DNA of 56,300 nt, counting the filler, from Catajapyx aquilonaris (lineage: Eukaryota): assembly GCA_000934665.2 (NCBI GenBank). It is 3 parts of 3 records of this genome, joined end to end, with 100 filler letters (N's around TTAATTAATTAA, not from the genome) between each part and the next. Parts side by side here need not be neighbours in the genome. Positions count along the whole stretch, not along the records: positions 1 to 18,712 come from JYFJ02006635.1; positions 18,813 to 37,490 come from JYFJ02006636.1; 1 more part is not named here. One strand, 5' to 3'. Position numbers and translations under genes: made by a program. Below the pieces are notes generated by a model. That model searched no databases. It saw only the letters and a program-made list of their open reading frames with translations, and was not told the origin of the DNA. This document shows, one piece after another, positions 13,082 through 24,407 of this stretch (positions are counted from its first letter, which is position 1; every line of letters starts with the position of its first letter).

Positions 13082-13449
13082 CCTTAGGTACTTTACTCTT
13101 TGGTACTCCTTGGTACTCCTTGAATTTGGTACTCCAGTGTATACTTTACAGTCGAGTGGTTAGCCCCTTGGATAAAGGCCTATCACAGAATATACCATTC
13201 ATCATCTTCATTTTCATCATTATTAAGCAACTGCTTTGGAGACACATGACATACACCATATTACACAAGGTGCATTGCCTAGGTTTACATCACTAACACG
13301 GTAAAACAATTCCCTCGCTAGGAAACCCAAACATTCCCCAATAACTTCTTAATTATTGCATGGTTTCCTATGAAATTGACTTGCACTCATCTTGTATGCT
13401 GCAAAACAAGGTCTGCCTACATAATAGGCTGGAAATGGTCCCCTCCAGC

Positions 13450-13583
13450 CAAGGGATTAGCAACTCCCCAAAAAAGTGTACACCAGATCCTGGAACCGGG
13501 AGGTTACAAGCCGGTTCTAGGCCGGTTCCACCTGGTTCCTTGGCCAGGGTGTACAGCGGTTCCATGGAGTTGCTAACCCCTTG
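13450..13583. mobile_element. P-like CAAGGG MITE
   Basis: TIR CAAGGGATTAGCAACTCC / GGAGTTGCTAACCCCTTG, 8-bp flanks CCTCCAGC / CCACCAGC. Confidence 0.75.
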
Positions 13584-14577
13584 CCACCAGCATCCAAGCA
13601 CTTTTGTATGCGAGTCTGCATATTTGCGAAGACATACGTGCTAATTCGTACTCACAGGGGGGGGGGGGGGNGGGGGGGCATGAAGTGGGCTCTGTCAGAT
13701 TTGCATGAAACTTGCACAGTAGGTGTATCACAGGCCTGAAATTTCACTGGTATGGGCCATGTTCTGCTACGGCCAGCCGTTGTCGACCTATGAGGGACAA
13801 TAAATGCGCATGGGTGCGTTCAGGAGAGTAAGGTAAGGGGACGGGAAGCACTAGGAAAGCGGGCAGTTCAGTTTCCAGGGGCACCCAGCTAGTAAACAAC
13901 AGGGTAACCAACAGCGCAATGCTCCAGGGAGGGTTCGAATCACGTTAGAATCATCTTCAGTTTTGTTCCCTTGGCAAGCTGCTTTGCAAATGAGGCCTGG
14001 TTTAACCCTTAACTACTTAGGTGGCCGAAACACCTTTAACTACTTAGGTGGGGCCTGAGCGGCCCCAACGGTATATTTAAATCTCTGCTTCAGCTAAATT
14101 GTTATAGTGGACTTTTCACATACAGAAAGTTCAGTTGAGATCATTAAGCTTCCGAAAAAGTAAAAATCATACGCTGAGTCAGCATATTCCGACAGAAAGG
14201 CGGGCATTGTTTATGACATATTAACAGTCACGGGTGGACTGACTCTTGTCAGCCACTCGCCGCAGCACTTCGCGGCTCCAGGTGGGACCTATTCCTCCTT
14301 ACGAATTTTTTTCAGCCAAAGAATAGTGACTAAAAATTTTTTCCCCTTCTTTTCATGCTTAGGACAAATTTTTATGGTCTCGATTCTGCTATACACAGGT
14401 TTCATTGTGATAAACTCGCTGAAAAGATGTACCTATGTTTTCATTTTACACAGACCGTCAGACACTAGAAGTGGAATTAATTATACAGATAATGTGCATT
14501 TCGGAAAGATAAGATGTGTTTAGTTTAAAAAAAGTCCGAGCACCTCATCCGACCTCTGGGTAATGCAATCAGAACCA

Positions 14578-14880
14578 TTAGTAAACACCATTTCTTGAAC
14601 ACTGACCGTCATATGAGCGTAACAGGGTACATTGAAATAAGTTTCTCGCGAATTTACATAAAGAGCACCGTTTCATGCAGGGTCCACCTGCGATCAGTTC
14701 TTCTGAGATTTCCGCGACATCTGCAATGGTTGACCATGCTTTACCACAGCCACAAATAGCCGTCTAGATTTTTTTCTATCCCCAAGTATCTGGTGGTGGA
14801 GGTTTGAAGTCTTGATCTATAGACAATGCTTTCACATCATATTATGTGGGGTAGGCCTATAATAGCTCGCTTCACATTCC
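14578..14880 (-). pseudogene. decayed C-terminus of an Academ-like (XPG-nuclease + Cys-cluster) transposon protein
   Basis: Frameshifted minus-strand pieces NVKRA.., *KHCL.DQDFKPPPPDTWG*, WSTIADVAEISEELIAGGPCMKRCSLCKFARNLFQCTLL match the HxKRA..W..PxPxxWGW..W..ELI..C..RCxC..CT pattern. Recognised from memory of the family, not from a search. Confidence 0.5.
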
Positions 14881-15267
14881 TGCATAGTGTACAAATATAC
14901 CATAAGTAAGTATACCAATAGGATGGCTAAGTTTCTGAGTCTGGATGAGCCTTTTCATAATTGCAATGAACTCAAAATCGATTCGTTTAAATTTTTCAAA
15001 TAGTCACCTTTTCAGTTATCCTTTTATAGCTACAAACATGACTTAATGCGCGAAAAACGCTAAAGGTTTCCCCAGATTAACCCAGGATTAATCCTTCTAA
15101 CGTACGAGATTCACCCGATTGTCCGACATTTCGGGGAAATACGATTCATGGAGCCATAATTTTGGGTACCCGTACCCCTAGGTTTGATAATCTTTAGCTC
15201 GAACAAAAGCATTTTGCCAGGTTTATAAATTCAGGAATAGTAGGCCTATCGGAGTCTTCTGAATATA

Positions 15268-15310
15268 TCCACATATATATATATATAAAGCTCAAAATTT
15301 GTACATATAT

Positions 15311-15361
<51 letters not shown>

Positions 15362-17257
15362 TCACGCCTAATTAAGCCACTTCCCGGGCACGGAGAGCTC
15401 TCAAATTTCTCAGAGCCATGTCTTACATATCACTGACCCCGAGAAAAGTCCCAAACCAGAACTTTTTTGAGTCTAAGGGGGGGTTTTCAGCAGATTAAGC
15501 AATTGCCTAGCAACTCTGGCTGTCAACAAGCCCAAAAGAAGGATCTGCCTCTCGCACTTCATGTTCTACAATAATCAACATTGCATATTCAACAATGAAA
15601 ACAATAGAACAACGGGCAGGTTGGCAAGAATAATATAATTGCAGTATACGAGTAGGGTATTGTAACAATGAACGGTTGGAGTACTTAGGGGACTGCCAAG
15701 ATCAACAATACCGAACAATACGGTACTGTACAGTTCATATATCAGTTCATATATCGAGAGAACCTGCCACAAGGCACCAGGAAACACAGAGGAAAGAAGA
15801 GCAGGTACGTAGATACGTTCGTGTGTTTGGTCTCAGAAGTGTTGGAGTGATGCCTTCATGTTCAGATTGTGTTGTCATCTAATTTTTTTAAAAAATCTGA
15901 TACAAAATTTTCAAATGTAATTTTAAAACCGGGGTAAAATGGAGCTGGGTAAAACGGTTACTTCCCGTATGGGAAATCTTTCTTGGCCACTTCACAACCA
16001 GAAAGCTATCATAATTCCCACGTTATCACAATTTTTCAATTTAAACATTTTATGATGTCATTTTCAAACCGGCGTTAATGTAGAACGGCGTAAAATGGAG
16101 GGGGGTAAAACGGGTACTACTGTATTATTTTGATAATTGGACGGTGTTATGCAATAATGCATCAACCCACATGAGAACAGTTTTGAGAAAAAGGGCTTTG
16201 AAGGTCATACCTGTGAAATTAATTCAGTGTTCTTTTCGATCATTATTTATGGTAGAAGTATATGCACATTTCACCTGCGTGATTTTAACTGAATGAAGTA
16301 GGATCCTTTAGGTCAGCGAGCCTGGGGTGCCCGCACCTCCAGGGGGTGCGAGGTGGCTTCCCTGGGGTGCGAGCAAGGTGCACCTCTAAACAAGAGTTAA
16401 TATAAACCGGTCTAACCATGAACGTAATCAATCACCCCTGGTATAGGGGGTGCGACAAGGACCAATATATTGTCTACAAAGGGGTGCAGAGGCCCAAAAA
16501 GGTTAAGAAACTCTGCTTTAGGTGTATGTTCCTGGGCTTGGCTCAATTTTGATATTTTTGTGGGTTGACCCATTATTGCATAACACTGTCCAATTATCCC
16601 TCCGCTTTCGATCACTTCTGTGTGTACGTTGACTGACACCAGGTTCAACATATGTACCAGACACTACACACGGGTTTGCTGCTATAAATTAATTAATTAA
16701 TAACATATTTTGATAATCTACGTATGCCTTACCATTTTGTAATGTAAGGCACCAGAATTTTGTTGGTGATTACCATAGAAACAGGCCTATAAATGGTTTC
16801 AAATTTTGCACTTCCCTCAATTTTTTTATCAATTTTTTTTCTGCCCCCTCCCCCCAATGTATCTCCACCTTGCCGTGGTGGTGGGCTTTCGTTTTCTCAT
16901 GATCCTGAAGAGCTATGCCGGCGGTAGTTTCGTCTACTGGTAGGGCCGCCCAAGTTATTGGACAGGTCTTTGGGATAGGAGACAGACTAAGAGAGATACC
17001 AGTCTTTCCTCTCTTCTTTTTCCTCTTTGTTTCTCTCTCCATCTGTCCCACCTGTTTGTATTCTGATAACCACATAGCCATAGTTGCGTGGCTTTTATTA
17101 CGCACACAAACCAGCATTTTTACACCCTTCCAGCGCCTACATAATTATGCAAGGGAATGAGCAGTTTTGCATTTAATATTGCTTGAGATCTAAGAAGATT
17201 TCGGTGTAATTATCCACGCTCTTTTTTCCCCGTGCGAAGAACGGGTACCGCTGCTAG
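15268..17257 (+). mobile_element. non-autonomous Helitron with nested insertions
   Basis: 5' A|TC followed by (TA)n-AAG and an (ATTT)n tract at ~15307-15362. 3' hairpin CCCGT-GCGAAGA-ACGGG then CTAG|T at 17254-17258. Pairing of the two ends is inferred. Confidence 0.6.
16314..16515. mobile_element. hAT MITE
   Basis: Exact 8-bp TSD CTTTAGGT both sides, CAG...CTG ends, GGGGTGC subterminal repeats. Confidence 0.75.
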
Positions 17258-17762
17258 TTGTTTATGAACATAAATCAGTTATAGCGCCCGAACGGTCAAA
17301 GGTCAAAATATTGACCTTGCAAAAGTTAGCTGGCATATTTTTAAAATCTCAACTTTTCCTAAATGCCAGTAATAAGGTTCCTTACATTCTTATCTCTTCA
17401 ATGACACCTTGATTATCGCGGTAGTGCAAAAATAGTTCCTGAGATATGAGCCGAAATGTACCTGTATGTGTGCGATTTTTGCCACTAATATATATGACGG
17501 CGTTTTCCGACCTGCTATTGCGAGATACCCATTGACCTAGGAAAGAAACAGATGTCAAAAAATGTCGGGTGGACCTTGCGGTATATTTTTGGGCGATTTG
17601 TCCAGGACTCACCCGGTTGGGAATTATACTGTGTGTACAATGACAGTATCATACTACGGATTACGGAAAACCTCTTATGACATCTACCGTCAGGCAGAAG
17701 AACCAGTAACTGGTCTAGAACAGGGTGAGAAATAAATGGCAGGATGTGAGGGAAAACAAACA

Positions 17763-18130
17763 TGTGCGTTTGTTCCGAGACTCTATTGGGCTGGATGCGT
17801 TTGGGCCGTATGCATTATGTCCCGTACGCACCTTGGGCTGGAAGAACTTTGGACCTAGTGCGCTTGGTCCGGTCGAGGCAAAGCCTGAATGCGTTTGAGA
17901 CAGTTTGATGCTAGGTCCGCCTGGTCCGGATGGTGCAAAGTCCTGGAGCGTTTGTTATCGCGTGCTTTTGAGCTGAATGCGTTTAAGCCGGTGGGCAGCA
18001 AAGCTCGGTGAATTAGTTCTCCGGTGCAATTAGTACAGGTGTGGTTGGTCTCGAGGGCGTTGGGCTTGGTGTCTTAATTCCCGTGTGCGTTTGGGCCAGG
18101 GGTATTATTTCTCGTTTGCGCTTGGGCTGT
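17763..18130. repeat. degenerate ~15-16-bp G/T-rich tandem array
   Basis: Recurring TGCGTTTGGGCCG-like unit with strong strand bias. Confidence 0.55.
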
Positions 18131-18228
18131 GTGTGGGTAGGCACCCACCCACCTCAAAATACCGTACTTCTCACTTTTGTGAAAGCACCGTGCTTTAAGA
18201 ATTTCTTCTTCTTGTAATGTATGTTCAA

Positions 18229-18575
18229 GGGAGGCGAAGTGGCGCTGCGGTAACGTACGCGCCCAAGGATGTTAAGGTCCCGGGTTCGATCCCAGCCCGG
18301 GGACACCCCCTTCATCTCGTGCAGAGTTAGGCCGTCTCTGACTCCGTCTAGGGTGGTATCTCCAATAGACAAACCACCCAGGGGAGTTCACAAAACGACC
18401 ACACTTGAGACATTGCACTTGCACATTGCACATCCCCTCCTGTCATCCTGCCCGCGGGCCCGGGCGTTACGTATAAAGGTTCCAATATGTGTACAAGACA
18501 TAAATAAAAGTCCGTGCTATATACCTCTGATGAGGTCAAGCACTACCCGGAGTATTATTATTATTATTATTATTA
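18229..18575 (+). mobile_element. tRNA-derived SINE
   Basis: A-box TGGCGCTGCGG, B-box GGTTCGATCCC, (ATT)n tail. Two more copies at 37944-38530. Confidence 0.9.
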
Positions 18576-18712
18576 CTAGCAGGTTACCCGGCGTTGCCCG
18601 GGTATGTTGGGGTGATGGTAAGGGGTACATATACACTATTTTAGGAAGTGTGTTTGTTTGTAAAAATTTCCCTTCCGTACACTCGAAACTCGATATGTCT
18701 TAAAATAGGCCT
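18576..18712 (-). mobile_element. Helitron 3' end, truncated by the gap
   Basis: Minus strand CCCGGGCAACGCCGGG-TAACCTG-CTAG|T, inserted in the SINE tail. Confidence 0.65.
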
Positions 18713-18812
18713 NNNNNNNNNNNNNNNNNNNNNNNNNNNNNNNNNNNNNNNNNNNNTTAATTAATTAANNNNNNNNNNNNNNNNNNNNNNNNNNNNNNNN
18801 NNNNNNNNNNNN
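18713..18812. other. artificial contig spacer
   Basis: 44 N + TTAATTAATTAA (stops in all six frames) + 44 N. Confidence 0.97.
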
Positions 18813-18988
18813 GATTTTTATCTACCCAAATAAAAATTTTGAAGCCACGTGTGTTCACCAGTGCGAAGATTCGAGGGGGTCAAAATGACGTGAGTTGTGT
18901 CGGGTGAAGGTGGTCCGGCAGTGCGGCGAGAACTTGGCGGGGGCACTGCCGTGCCCCCTAAATTATGTACGTAGAGTGCTTACCGAAG

Positions 18989-20326
18989 TCAGCCGTTTCC
19001 TGTCGGTTGTGTTTCGGATCCCTTGAATTGCAACAGGACTATGAGGTACGTCGCTATTGCTCCAGTAATCTTCAATGGTAATAAAGGGTGAGAAAGTTAA
19101 TGTAATGATTGAAACGTATGTTTCGGAATTTTACCGTGGTGAGCAGGCCTCTATTGATGACAAAGAAGTTGGCTGCCGTGATTTGAACAGGAGGACCACT
19201 CATCCTACTCACTAGGGACTTCACCTGATGAGACACAGAGAATGACGACTTCAGAGGATATGTTCAGAGGTGCAATGAAAGGTACTGACCTGTCGTCGAC
19301 AGCTGGGGGTCAAGTCGGAAAGACGCAGCCGGGTCAGGTCGTCCAGCGAAGCAGTGGCCTGAAACAGTCAGTGGTCGTGATTGACTCTCCATTAACCCAA
19401 ATATCTTGCAATTTCGTACTATGTACCTTCTCCGAGAATACAGCAATCCGACATACGAAGAAGTACAGCAAGGTCATCCGTAATAATACAACGATACCTA
19501 TCATGACCATCATTTCTATGGTCAGACGGGGCATATAGCTTATGGTGGTGAAAATGGCAATGATCACTTCAAAAACGAAGGAGGTGACGCAGAGACACGA
19601 GGCCAGACCATACCCGCTGCTGACCTGTTGGCTCAGTTGGCACAGGTCAAGGTACACCCGGGCGGAGGTCACCAAGGACAGGTCAGGGTCAATCGACTGA
19701 CCGCTTCTTGGAGGCAGGAAGAGGCTGTTCATCCGACAGCAAATTTCCCCGATGGCTCGGTTGACATGGGTCATCCTCCGCTCCATTGCGGTCGACACGC
19801 ATATTATCTGACCAGGTATCAGGTCACGTATCATGGTCCTTTGCAGGATCCAGACTGCTGTATAGGCTAACAGAAGCCCAGAGTAAGTTTTGTCGGTCAG
19901 CAGATTCAATAAGCAGGTCATAGTCGCATCCAGCAGGCAAAACGCGACTATTTTGGCCTCCAGTCTGGTCAGATTGACGTGTCCCAACTTGGCCATGTCC
20001 CGGACAGATCCCATGATGCCAGAAATGGCCTTCCAGTTGTAGACGACGACCCCGAGGTTGATCCAGTTCAGAAATATTACCCCTACGTAGGACACGTAAA
20101 TTGAGTAAGCTTCTGTGTGCCCCAGCGATTGATCAGACATGACCTGGTGCTTTCCTGTTGTAAATCCGACAATCAACGTGAGAAGTAAGTAACCGAGGAT
20201 CAAAGCCACGTTTAGGACCAGTGCCCCCCATCTTGCGAGAGGTGACCTGCCATTGAGTGACCAAGGGATCAACCCAAAAGCAGCAGACACTTTCCAAACA
20301 GGACCACCTTCCATGGCTACACACAT
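18989..20326 (-). CDS. gustatory receptor Gr-1 (clade A), 379 aa; exons 20326-19427, 19358-19290, 19224-19135, 19069-18989
   Basis: Six hydrophobic helices in exon 1, three phase-0 GT-AG introns, QITAANFF.INR.LL exon and TM7 motif TYLIVLLQF. Confidence 0.93.
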
Positions 20327-20391
20327 CCAACTGTACCCTACATGGTACCTTCATAACGATATTCGATGATGTGTACACAATAGGGAGTGCT

Positions 20392-20485
20392 TTCTAAGCA
20401 TTTTTTAGGTTACGGTTGTCAGTATCGGGCGTATCCTTAAGGATACGCCCGATACTGACAACCGTAACCTAAAAAGTGCTTAGAA
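20392..20485. repeat. 94-bp zero-spacer palindrome in the Gr-1/Gr-2 divergent intergenic region
   Basis: 47-bp arms centred on CCTT|AAGG (20438/20439) with a single mismatch (20401/20476). Confidence 0.95.
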
Positions 20486-20815
20486 TTTTATATCTGACAC
20501 ATGATACACATTGTACTTTCCTCAATAGAATATATTAAGCCTGATGTTTTATTGAGGTGCAGTTAATGTCATTGAAGGTTTATATGACCAGGAATTTCCA
20601 TCGACACTATCATTTACGATCAGTGTGTGTTAATTCGATGTAACAATTGACAAGACATGTCATACTGCAATGATATAACAGTACGAGCCACGCACATATG
20701 AAATATTAATAATTGCACATTGCGGCGTTAAGCATGACCACAAGTAGGCGACGATTGATTTTGCCGCAGCGTTTGGATGTTACGTACTGTACCTTCAGTC
20801 TGCTTCTGACCAAAA

Positions 20816-22255
20816 ATGAAGAGCGAAGTGGGACCGACACCCTCGGGTACGGCCTGGGTGGCGAAGAGGCCCCTTCCTGGCAGTGTGTTCTGGAGATCAT
20901 TTGGTCCTGTGGGCACCCTGAGCTCCATCGGAGGATACCTGCCCCACCCTTGCCCTACCAGCCCAGAGGGACTCGAGGCTCGTCGGGTCAAAGGACGATG
21001 GCCAGTCCTCATCCACGGCATGGCCCTGGTCATCTACGTGGTCACCTTCATCTGCCAGGTCCCCTCGCCTCTGGAGGACCTGGCCCAGGTCGGATCCACA
21101 GAGAGGACCACCTACATCACCTGGCTGGTCGCCAGTCTCCTGTCGCCCTGGATCACACTGGCCATCATGCAGACCAGGGTCAGCCAGGTCTGGGAGACCA
21201 TGCACGAGTTGGCCAGCATCCCAATCCAGCTGGACCAATCCAAACTGAGGAGAGGCTCGCGGTGGATAGTTCTCTCCTGTCTGGTCACCACTCTGGCCAA
21301 CGTTGGTATGGCCGTGACCGGTGTGGTGGACAGCCGGTGCTCACTGGACTTTCCAGTTGTCATCTACGTGCTGGTGACCTCCCACAGCTCGCTGATCTTG
21401 TACATTCTGCCAGCCCAGATCGCATTCTTATCACTGGTGGCGGGGCAAGTGCTGCACGAGATCAACTCGGACATGAGCGAAGCATGTGGGTCACTCCGTG
21501 CATCAGGCGGAGGAACCAGAAGAGATGCCAAGGCCAGCCTCCAGCAGCTGTCAATCCATCTGGACCGCACCCTCAGAGTGGTGGACAGGATGAACTGGAC
21601 GTACGGGGTGCCCATCCTTCTCTTCTACTTCACCTTCCTGGTCACCATCACCTGTCTGCTATTCTACACCATTCTGAGTGGATTCGGACAGGACGTGCGG
21701 GTGTCCACCTCCATCTGTGTTCTCGTAGGGTTCTGCAACACACTCTACATCTCGGGGTTCACCATTATCCTCAGCTCAGTCACAGACAAGGTAATTGCAA
21801 TTGTTGATATCAAGTGCTCTGTTGAATTTATTCTCAACTGATGTGCATTGTGTGTTCTATAGGCTTCGACGTCGTTGCAGGACCTCATCATGGTGCAGAC
21901 TTTGGAAAAGTGGTCCGATTGCAAGCCGCAGGTTAATATCACAGGTTTGATAACAATGCACAGCATTATTAACCCGATTTGTTTAGATTTCAGGACTGAT
22001 CAAGAAGATGAGCTGTAACCGAGTTGAAATAACTGCGGCCAACTTCTTTGCCATCAACCGCGGCCTGCTTACCACTGTAAAATATTTATCAGCTGTCAAT
22101 GTTCTGTACTGTAATGGCATGTAATTGGTCAATTTCGTCAGATTGCAGGGGCGGTGACCACGTACTTGATTGTTCTGGCTCAGTTCAAGGGTGCAGAGAA
22201 GGACAACAATGTTTCCACAAGCACAGTAGTGACCACCGTCATACCCGCCCAGTAA
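20816..22255 (+). CDS. gustatory receptor Gr-2 (clade B), 415 aa; exons 20816-21790, 21863-21931, 21987-22076, 22142-22255
   Basis: Multi-TM exon 1 with YGVP, three phase-0 introns, TYLIVLAQF. Confidence 0.93.
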
Positions 22256-22529
22256 TACACTTTGTACTTCATTGATTAGCAGGGCGTTGCATATGTAAGG
22301 AGCCAACTGTATATTCCCAAGATGACCATATACCACGAAGGATGGCCTATAATTCATGTAATCCATCAACTTAATGGGGGCTACGGAGTCAATATAGGCC
22401 AGTCGGGATGATGACCAGCTACAAGCTATACAACACGTGATCTGATTGAGGCCCGTGATCAGCAACGTACTATTTATTCACCATGCACTGTAAGCATAGA
22501 GTTAACATATTTTCATATATTCCTCACAG

Positions 22530-22700
22530 ATACATGCTTTGATCCAGCAGATGACCAGCTCTTCTCCTGTGGAGGTCACTGCGGAAAACTTCTTTTTCTA
22601 TTAACTGCGGTAAGAAGACTATATTGACAAAATACCATTTTTGCAATAATGAAGCATTGTCTTGGTGAATATTGCAGGTGCTGTGACTATACTATCCTAG
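22530..22700 (+). pseudogene. orphan Gr exon-3/exon-4 relic
   Basis: CAG|IHALIQQMTSSSPVEVTAENFF-frameshift-LLTA|GTAAG, then ATTGCAGGTGCTGTGACT (IAGAVT) lacking its acceptor and the rest of TM7. Confidence 0.8.
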
Positions 22701-22755
22701 AATATTAACATGGATTAAAATTTTAAAAGCGGAAGTGTCTATGCTGGCATTTATA

Positions 22756-24103
22756 CTATGGGGTTGTAGCATTGAAGCTGTGTGTTTCTGATCCTTTGAA
22801 TTGCACCAGGACTATGAGGTACGTCGTAATTGCTCCAGCAATCTTTAATGGAAAAATATTTGTGGGATAATAATTGAAATATAATATTTTTGAAACATAT
22901 CTCGAGTACTTTACCGTAGTTAGCAGGCCTCGATTGATGACAAAGAAGCTAGCAGCTGTGATTTGAACTGGAGGACCACTCATCCTAATCACTAGTGACT
23001 TCACCTGATGGGACACAGAGAATGACGACTTCAGAGGATATGTTCAGAGGTGTAATGCAAGGTACTGACCTGTTGTTGAGAGGTTGGGGTCAAGTCTGAG
23101 AGAGGCAGCTGGGTCAGATCGTCCAGAGAAGCAGTGGCCTGAAACAAACAGTGGTCGTGATTTAATCTCTTTTGTGCATATGACCTACAATCGCTGACTG
23201 TACCTTCTCAGAGAATGCAGCAATCCGACACACAGAGAAGTACAGCATGGTCACCCGACATAATACATAGATTCCGGTCATGACCTTCATTTCTATGGTC
23301 AGCTGGGTCCCAAAGTCAATGGCGGTGAAAATGGCAATGATCACTTCAAAAACGAAGGAGGTGACGGAGAGACACGCTGCCATACCGTACCCGCTGTTGA
23401 CCTGTTGGCTCAGCTGGCATAGGTCAAAGTACATCCGGTTGGACGTCACCAAGTGCAGGTCAGGATCAATCGACTGACCACTTCTTGGAGGAATGAAGAT
23501 GCTGTTATTCATCCGACAGCAAATTGCCCCGATGGCTCGGTTGACCTGGGTCATCCTGCGCTCCATTGCGGTCGACACGCATATGATCTGACCTGGTATC
23601 AGGTCACGTATCATTGTCGTTTGTATGGCCATGATTACTGTGTAGGCAAAGATAGGCCCATCATACATTAATGCGTTGTAATATTCGATAAGACATGTCA
23701 TTCCGGCGTCTAGGACACAAAACGTGACTATTTTGGCCTCCAATCGGGTCAGATTGACGTGTCCCAACTTGGCCATGTCCCGGACAGATCCCAATATGCC
23801 AGAAATGGTCTTCCAGTTGTAGACGACGACCCCGAGGTTAATCCAGGTCAGAAATGAGACCGATGCGTAGTACGAGTAAACGGAGTACATCTCGGTACTC
23901 GACAATGATTGTATCAACTCTTGGTGATTTCTTGTTGTAAATCCGACAATCAACAGGAGAGCCAAGTAACCTAGGATCAAAGCCACGTTTATGACCAGTG
24001 CCCCCCACCTGGCGAGAGGTGACCGGCCATTGAGTGACCAAGGGATCAACCCAAAAGCTGCAGACACTTTCCAAACAGGACCGCCTTCCATCGCTACACA
24101 CAT
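22756..24103 (-). CDS. gustatory receptor Gr-3 (clade A, close paralog of Gr-1), 381 aa; exons 24103-23204, 23138-23070, 23004-22915, 22842-22756
   Basis: Same exon structure as Gr-1; TYLIVLVQF. Confidence 0.93.
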
Positions 24104-24407
24104 CCAACTGTACCCTACATGGTACCTTCATAACGATATTCGATGATGACAATATAGGGAGTGCTTTCTACAGACCGTACAGGTCGCGTTTGTCATTAAG
24201 GGGCGTTGTCTCACAATGAATTTTAGATAATTATTATGTGGCTTTTGTTCAATAGCTTCAATTTCAATGTCCACCCAGCAATATTTGACATATAAATGAT
24301 ATATAGTCCCCGACACTTTCCTATAGAATTGATTCTATTGTCCACCTACATGTCCACTACACTAATAATGCACATGTATCGACACTGCTTGACCAGTTCT
24401 TCTCGAT

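Larger units (their letters stand above)
10568..13170. mobile_element. P-like CAAGGGG MITE (same family as 1277-1432) split by a hAT insertion
   Basis: Halves 10568-10633 and 13082-13170 reconstitute the 1277-1432 element. Flanks GGCAAAGG / GATAAAGG. Confidence 0.75.

Noticed and set aside
18229..18305. tRNA gene
   Set aside because: A/B boxes are present, but the head continues into a shared body and (ATT)n tail in three copies, so it is a SINE.
18520..18550. Hammerhead ribozyme core (CTGATGA) in the SINE tail
   Set aside because: No stem II followed by GAAA, and the core is not retained in the sister copy (CTGATGG).
18757..18768. TTAATTAATTAA as a biological motif
   Set aside because: Centred in a fixed 44N-12-44N linker that occurs twice; it is synthetic.
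20713..21807. 364-aa alternative-frame ORF and many antisense ORFs over Gr exons
   Set aside because: Shadow ORFs of GC-rich hydrophobic codon usage; no motifs and not preserved across paralogs.
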